DNA of 36,662 bases from Choristocarpus tenellus KU-1152. Taxonomy: Eukaryota > Protista > Phaeophyceae. The stretch lies in the NCBI GenBank assembly GCA_964200185.2, contig CAXNAD020000043.1, forward strand, positions 1 through 36,662, read 5' to 3'. Below, piece after piece: positions 32,801 through 36,662 of this stretch (its first letter is position 1; the number at the start of each line of letters is the position of its first letter). The translations under genes and the position numbers were made by a program. The notes under the pieces were generated by a model. That model was given only the letters and a program-made list of their open reading frames with translations, was not told where the DNA came from and did not search any database.

Positions 32801-35736
32801 TACCTGATCATAGATTCATCAGTGAGTGACATGTTTGAGAGGCAATGGTTTGAGTAACGTAATGGTGGTTTCGAGCTTGACCATTCTTGCATTCACCTGA
32901 GGTTTGAAATGTCTATCCACATGCATCGCTGAAGGAAAGGTCCGCATTCTCTCACCAATCTGGATGTCTCTTCTTATATGGGCTGGGTACTTCTCTCTCT
33001 GCTCCAATCTGCGGTAGAACCTTTCAGATGTTGATAAGTACCAAACTGACCTCCTCACCAAAGGATTCTTATCTCCATTTTGCACAAAACAAGAAAGTTA
33101 TGCACCGTAGAGACTCTAACTCATTTAAACTGTTTGTCAGCTACCTTCAATTCACTCTTGAGGATCCTGCTTTGAGTAGAATTAACAGAAAGAGGGGTGC
33201 CCACGAGATTCAAGGACCCCTCTGACTTTATGGTTTTATACGTTTTTTGAGCACACAGTCCATGAATATTGAGTAATCTTGGCTGTTTTGTGGATTCATT
33301 CACTTTATAGAAGCAAGTGATCCATTTTGTTGTCCGTCTACAAATGCCTTCATCTTAATAAAACAAAGTTGAGAGTGAAAGTATCTTAGAGGGTACGAGT
33401 TTTGCCCTGTTTGTCCATTTGGGGCTTGGATCCCGTGGGGATTTTTATGACATTTCCCTATTCCAAAATGTTTCGGAGTAGGTAAAATTTGTTTGTTATG
33501 AAAAGGTGTGTCCAGAACAAGGATATTGACGTTTCCTAACAAACACGATAGCCAAAATTTCATCAAAATCGCAACATTGGATTTTGACCCCCAAGTGGAC
33601 ACGGCCCTACCCTCTAAGTTAATTTAGCTCTTGACAAAAGCTTCAAAAATGGTAAGAAAGCACATCCCTCTAGGTCACTTTGACTCTTTGTGGGTTGGCA
33701 TATAGCTGCATCCAGATTGAAACCGTGGAGTCTACAGAGGGAGAAGGGTCGTTTGCTTGCAGATGTGTTTGGTAGATGTGAAGGATTTTTTTTTGTACTG
33801 TCAACATCTTTTGCAGTTTCATTTGGGTGGAAAGACATTTTTTCAATCTCTAGCTTAGCTCCAGTAACCCAGCCCCTCAACGAGGAGTGTTATTTTTTGT
33901 GAATATCATTAATGCTTAAACAAGCAGAGTAGCAATAAGGTTGAAATGCCTTGATGCATGTGTGTACCCACTTCCATGTTCTTAGTTAGGCAACAAAATT
34001 CTAGCGCAATCAATTCATTACCTCCTCGCTCTCTCATATTCATTAGAGCCAACATCTACCCTCCAGAATCTCAGAGTATATAAGCAAAGGAGACCTTGGA
34101 TGTTGCCCGATTCCTATTTGATGAGTTTGACCCCTTTAATTCGCTGCCGTTTTTTTATACCCTGACTGAGAAATCAGGCTGTGGCGGAAATGACAGGTCG
34201 TCGGGGTCGAAGTGTGCGTGGTCACAACGGAAATATCACATACGAGTCTCGCAATGCTCACAACAATCTTGCACAGAGGAAGCAGGTGAGAAGGGCAGTG
34301 AGCATAAACCCTCCCTTGACAGAAATCCCAGTTGTTTAATGCGTCTTTCTGGTTGGTAGTAAGGGGGTGATCTGGATGGAATTTGTGGTTCTCACTCACA
34401 CCTAGAAACCCTAGTTTGAAGTGTGACATTGCTTCCACGAAGCATATACTAGTTGTTGTCTTCAATCCTATTTAGAGGTGATGGTTCAGCATTTTTTCTG
34501 TTGGATGACTGTTTTCTAGTATTCCAGCACCTATAGCCTTGACTTGAAAAGCAAAGTGCACATTGCTGGTGCACAGAGTTGGAATTTTCTGGAGACAGAG
34601 GCCTTTCCTCTAAATTTCCCATGACTCTCCACCTAAGCTCTAAAGTGCACTATCTCTGCAGGGATTATCTTTTCTTATGCTGCTGTGCATGGCAGTTACC
34701 CTCTCATCCAAAGTGCATTCTAAAGGACTTTTGGATATTGATCTTTTGAGTAATCCATGCTTCGTTATTAGCTAATTTATTCACATCACCTCAATTCTTC
34801 ACCTTATGGGAACTACTTCCCTCTTATCACTCTCATTTGACTGCAACCTAGTTTAGCCTCACCCTTTTTGGTCAATATAGTCATAGATGCACAATGAGAA
34901 GACTCAGAACTTTACAAGAACAAGACATCTACTTAGTGTAATTTATTACTCATCCCTGGCACTGCTTCTCTCTACTCTGATCAAACGTATGATGTGCAGA
35001 ATATGTATGAGAGAGAGGAGTTTATGGAGGGCAGAAAGCTTGTAGCCATCATCTCTGATGCAGCATCGGCAGGTGTCAGCTTGCAATCGAACAAAAGAGT
35101 TTCAAATAGGAGAAGGAGGTGGGTTCCAAGAGAATTTCACCTCGCTTGGTGCATTGGAAGAGCGCTATGGAACACTCTTCTGGACTGTTGCAGTCACCTC
35201 TTTGAATCTACGGCACCCTGCGTCACACCTTTCCTCCTGCCGCTTTTTCTATTGTTGATCAGGATCTGTATTGTCACATTTTGCCTGGCAGTAGAAAATA
35301 TTTGTCGTGAGGATGCAAGCATTGATATTCCGACTTAAATTCTTTTTTTGGAGCAGCTGATGTAACTTCTTCCTCTCCATATTCTGCACACTTGGAAGCA
35401 CTCTGCATGCTGGAGGTGGCACTTTATGTCTCTTGCGAGTGATCATATGAGCTTCCCAATATGATCAGATGATTTGTGAAGTTGCGACTTGAATGTACTA
35501 TACTGATTGGTTAATGCGATACTCCAATCCGAGTGGTGCACTCTTGTGTCCTCGGGGCACAATAGCCTAGCCATTATCGACCAAGGTTCCTTTCAATACT
35601 TTGCATGATACTTGAGAAGGGGTTGATCCCAATTCTATGCGGGTGCCATTCCCACAGGGTACATATCACCCTGGAACTTCCATGGTCAGCAGACAAAGCC
35701 ATCCAGCAGCTTGGGAGGACTCATCGAGCTAACCAG
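2836..35736 (+). CDS. SBNO: Strawberry notch (SBNO)-family helicase-like protein gene; 23 exons traced, 3' end beyond window
   Basis: Spliced translation gives SBNO hallmark motifs in order: [22 protein letters not shown] (Walker A region), [27 protein letters not shown] (Walker B), [117 protein letters not shown]. Exons are AG/GT bounded (one GC donor) with matching phases. Confidence 0.97.
3079..3183 (+). CDS. SBNO: SBNO exon 2: [35 protein letters not shown]
   Basis: TTAG| ... |GTGAG; Y.DY.PSK motif that precedes HPD in SBNO proteins. Confidence 0.88.
3964..4086 (+). CDS. SBNO: SBNO exon 3: [41 protein letters not shown]
   Basis: CTAAC branch site + pyrimidine tract + CAG; HPDPVVE motif; GT donor at 4087. 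Confidence 0.95.
4725..4764. repeat. Degenerate interstitial (CCCTAA)n telomere-type tract
   Basis: CCTAGCCCTAATCCCTAGCCTAACCCTAACCTTAACCCTA. Confidence 0.8.
4799..4865 (+). CDS. SBNO: SBNO exon 4: [22 protein letters not shown](G)
   Basis: TAG| ... G|GTGAA, phase 0 in / 1 out; matches the Q(L/M)E.V.YA.Q motif. Confidence 0.93.
6101..6155. repeat. 21-bp tandem repeat (ACAGTATCAATGTATATATCA) x ~2.6
   Basis: Read directly. Confidence 0.9.
6239..6383 (+). CDS. SBNO: SBNO exon 5: [48 protein letters not shown](S)
   Basis: Walker-A-like [10 protein letters not shown]; CAG| ... AG|GTTGG. Confidence 0.97.
8592..8718 (+). CDS. SBNO: SBNO exon 6: [42 protein letters not shown]
   Basis: RD.SDIG junction restored across the intron; GV.F.TY.SL motif; donor lies within a 9-bp tandem repeat so the exact end is ambiguous. 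Confidence 0.93.
8716..8808. repeat. 9-bp minisatellite (AATGTAGGC)n with variants, starting at the exon 6 donor
   Basis: Read directly. Confidence 0.92.
9320..9540. other. Highly self-complementary intronic element (direct repeat + long hairpin)
   Basis: Hairpin 9453-9539 with paired blocks TGTCAA/TTGACA, ATTGAGATA/TATCTCAAT, TTCCACC/GGTGGAA, GCAGATAGT/ACTATCTGC; the left arm is repeated at 9320-9344. Confidence 0.8.
10180..10229. repeat. Degenerate (TTAGGG)n tract
   Basis: TTAGGGTTAGGGTTAGAGTAAGGGTTGGGGTTAGGG... Confidence 0.85.
10495..10590 (+). CDS. SBNO: SBNO exon 7: [32 protein letters not shown]
   Basis: RL.QL..W.G and Walker B IVFDEGH; CAG| ... AAG|GTGAT. Confidence 0.96.
10957..11099 (+). 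CDS. SBNO: SBNO exon 8: [47 protein letters not shown](R)
   Basis: AKNL, PNARVVY.SAT (motif III), SEPRNMAYM. Confidence 0.97.
11522..11590 (+). CDS. SBNO: SBNO exon 9: [22 protein letters not shown](R); GC donor
   Basis: R.GLWG.GT motif; AG|GCAAG donor gives the phase that restores RGVGAME with exon 10. Confidence 0.93.
13293..13398. repeat. Perfect 42-bp tandem repeat x 2.5 (ACTGGGTATTGTACTGATCTTTAACATGTCTGGAGCATGTCT)
   Basis: Read directly; also visible as [14 protein letters not shown] repeats in ORF 13251-13454. Confidence 0.95.
13500..16500 (-). pseudogene. Unidentified decayed coding/TE remnant in intron 9 (possible MULE/FAR1-type DNA-binding fragment near 15130-15220)
   Basis: Several broken minus-strand ORFs; a frameshifted [26 protein letters not shown] resembles the C..(x)..HxH end of MuDR/FAR1 domains; no DDE core recognised. 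Confidence 0.3.
17162..17200. repeat. Degenerate (TTAGGG)n tract
   Basis: TTAGGGTTAGGGTTGAGG...GTTAGGGTTAGAG. Confidence 0.8.
17387..17510 (+). CDS. SBNO: SBNO exon 10: [41 protein letters not shown]
   Basis: [11 protein letters not shown]...R.LSY.G motif; TAG| ... CAG|GTGAG. Confidence 0.96.
18980..19009. repeat. (TTAGGG)n tract
   Basis: GTTAGAGTTAGGGTTAGGGTTAGGGTTAGG. Confidence 0.9.
19717..19830 (+). CDS. SBNO: SBNO exon 11: [38 protein letters not shown]
   Basis: VYN.A...W motif; CAG| ... AAG|GTTTG, phase 0/0. Confidence 0.9.
19981..19998. repeat. (CCCTAA)3 tract
   Basis: Read directly. Confidence 0.85.
20826..21088 (+). mobile_element. MITE copy 1 (Sola2-like non-autonomous DNA transposon)
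   Basis: TIR GAGTCAAAGTATCTTAGAGGGTA ... TACCCT(AACC)CTAAGATACTTTGACTC; flanks TACT/ACT (imperfect TSD); homologous to copies 2-4 in opposite orientation. Confidence 0.9.
21281..21394 (+). CDS. SBNO: SBNO exon 12: [38 protein letters not shown]
   Basis: GC-richer open segment, AAG| ... AAA|GTGAG, phase 0/0; variable region with no homology support, and being frame-neutral it could be skipped. Confidence 0.7.
21950..22036 (+). CDS. SBNO: SBNO exon 13: [29 protein letters not shown]
   Basis: [10 protein letters not shown] hallmark motif. Confidence 0.96.
22553..22585. repeat. (CCCTAA)n tract
   Basis: CCCTGACCCTAACCCTAACCCTAACCCTAACCC. Confidence 0.9.
23761..23836 (+). CDS. SBNO: SBNO exon 14: [25 protein letters not shown](G)
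   Basis: KV...V.....AL..G.CVV.GLQ.TGE motif across junctions. Confidence 0.95.
24118..24241 (+). CDS. SBNO: SBNO exon 15: [40 protein letters not shown](R)
   Basis: TGEA junction restored, DFVS.P motif; CAG| ... AG|GTATT. Confidence 0.92.
24358..24392. repeat. 10-bp tandem repeat (CCCACCATGA) x3
   Basis: Read directly. Confidence 0.85.
24511..24601 (+). CDS. SBNO: SBNO exon 16: [30 protein letters not shown]
   Basis: Pyrimidine tract + TAG, phase 2 in / 0 out; needed to keep frame; alternative in-frame donor at 24611. Confidence 0.72.
25590..25743 (+). CDS. SBNO: SBNO exon 17: [51 protein letters not shown]
   Basis: Strong donor AAG|GTAAGT; open frame back to a GTGAAG acceptor (same acceptor context as exon 14); 5' boundary less sure. 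Confidence 0.68.
26870..27980 (+). pseudogene. Unidentified decayed ORF (~1.1 kb) in intron 17
   Basis: Purine-rich coding-like stretch; long open segments broken by isolated stops and frameshifts (ORFs 26943-27125, 27742-27978 and between); no recognisable domain. Confidence 0.4.
28929..29098 (+). CDS. SBNO: SBNO exon 18: (E)[56 protein letters not shown]
   Basis: CAG| phase 1 in, GAG|GTGAT phase 0 out; open, coding-like composition. Confidence 0.72.
29487..29851 (+). CDS. SBNO: SBNO exon 19: [26 protein letters not shown]...DHAFMMDE(R)
   Basis: Pyrimidine tract + CAG, 121-codon open acidic/disordered segment, CG|GTAAGG donor; alternative phase-0 donors at 29580 and 29754. Confidence 0.75.
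30280..30391 (+). CDS. SBNO: SBNO exon 20: [37 protein letters not shown]
   Basis: LP.NPLD.L.DQLGG start of the C-terminal helicase-like domain; exon start is either 30280 (phase 2) or 30272 (phase 0). Confidence 0.93.
30651..30911 (-). mobile_element. MITE copy 2
   Basis: Same internal sequence; TSD AGTA (30647-30650 / 30912-30915). Confidence 0.9.
31350..33170 (-). mobile_element. Decayed RTE-type non-LTR retrotransposon (LINE) RT region, interrupted by MITE copy 3
   Basis: Minus strand in order: [66 protein letters not shown]|VL, YADD decayed to MIYVKDAGI (~31745-31774), AAGQ; many stops and frameshifts. Confidence 0.9.
31959..32212 (-). mobile_element. MITE copy 3, nested in the LINE RT
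   Basis: TSD ACAC (31955-31958 / 32213-32216); removing the element plus one TSD restores LINE codons CAA GGG TGT GTC CTA (QGCVL). Confidence 0.93.
33373..33630 (-). mobile_element. MITE copy 4
   Basis: TSD TTGA (33369-33372 / 33631-33634); TIR GAGTGAAAGTATCTTAGAGGGTA. Confidence 0.92.
34178..34285 (+). CDS. SBNO: SBNO exon 21: [36 protein letters not shown]
   Basis: VAEMTGR.GR hallmark; CTGAC branch site, CAG| ... CAG|GTGAG. Confidence 0.96.
35000..35118 (+). CDS. SBNO: SBNO exon 22: [39 protein letters not shown](R)
   Basis: N..E...FM.G.K.VAIIS.AAS.G.SLQ motif. Confidence 0.97.
35658..35736 (+). CDS. SBNO: SBNO exon 23: [26 protein letters not shown]
   Basis: [24 protein letters not shown] hallmark (motif VI); next exon not found within the window. 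Confidence 0.97.
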
Positions 35737-36595
35737 GTATGCAAGCCTCTATCATCTACCTAGATGAGTTTGATATACAGTTTAAATTCAAGGTTGAATG
35801 TTACTACAAGAACACTTTGGTAGAGAAGTTACTCTAGAATATGCTATGCGCTTTTGTGCCAGCAAATTCATTGTGACCATTCATCACAGTACCCACTGGA
35901 GCAGCTGCTCACCTAGAGTCTTTGATAATTTGCGAACTCATGAATTCAACCGTCAATCCTCAGGCACATATCTATTCTAAGATCACCACAATCTTATTTG
36001 CATCTTGTCCCTATCAAGGCCTGGAGGATCATTACCTTTTCCCTTTCTTGAGACTTTCTTATCCTCAGGTTAAGGTTGATGTTATCTTCCTACTGCATAG
36101 TGCAGTGTCATATATAATCTTACCAGCCTGCTCTCCTGCATTTGAAAAAATATTCTCAATTTGAATTCCCTATTGTTCCCTTTATGGCTTCACCCTCTGG
36201 AGTGTCTAGGCGGTAGAATGAAACACTTGCGTATTTAATTGTAAGAGTGTTATCTTGTTCAGTACAATCAAAAACTTGTGTAATATTAGCATGTTTTTTA
36301 TATTTTTGATGCAGTACTGGGCACAAGATGACAAGGAGCGATGATGTAAGAGCACCCTAACCCTGGCATCCCACTTCAAAGGTTCCAGTGGATAAGACTG
36401 TTATGGAGGGTAGTAATGCGATTATTTTTGGACATTCTTGTGTAATTTTCTGAGTTAGGAAATATTTGAGCAAGCCCTAGGAAGTTGGATTGAGGTCCTA
36501 ACTCCATGTGAAACCCAAAATTTTGGTAAAGGCTTATTTTGGAGAAAATGCTTGGGCCCCCCAAAGTATAATGGAGCATTCAATACCCTGTAAAA

Positions 36596-36662
36596 GAGTC
36601 AAAGTATCTGGGGGGGGGTGCTGACGACCGTTTTTGACCCTGGCTCAAAGTACCTGGGGGGG
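36596..36662. mobile_element. Left terminus of a related Sola2-like element running off the window
   Basis: GAGTCAAAGTATCTG(9) followed by a second subterminal copy CTCAAAGTACCTG(7). Confidence 0.7.

Noticed and set aside
107-36579. Most short ORFs in the supplied track as independent genes
   Set aside because: They are intronic noise, TE fragments, MITE read-throughs (e.g. 33300-33602) or SBNO exons extended into introns; LTLTLT/NPNPNP peptides are just telomeric repeats.
1-36662. Whole window as one giant transposon carrying SBNO between the terminal TIR-like ends
   Set aside because: The termini face outward (right end at position 16, left end at 36596), so they belong to two separate elements outside the window.

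Overview
Eukaryotic, intron-rich genomic DNA. Most of the window (~2.8-35.7 kb, + strand) is one spliced gene for a strawberry-notch (SBNO/Sno-family) helicase-like protein. I traced 23 coding exons by hand (~917 codons, phases consistent, first exon tentative); the gene continues past the right edge. Upstream lies a decayed Ty3/gypsy LTR-retrotransposon body (- strand). The introns hold a decayed RTE-type LINE, four copies of a ~260-bp MITE with GRG...CYC ends and 4-bp TSDs (Sola2-like), many short TTAGGG/CCCTAA tracts, small tandem repeats, a strongly self-complementary ~220-bp element and unidentified decayed ORFs. Both window ends stop inside relatives of the MITE TIR. Gene architecture, TTAGGG repeats and LINE style suggest a brown-alga-like stramenopile (inference only). 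I see no clear-cut novel multi-gene system. The best leads are the pervasive telomere-repeat insertions, the structured intronic element at 9320-9540, the Sola2-like MITE family with a CpG-decay signature, and tandem-duplicated splice donors.
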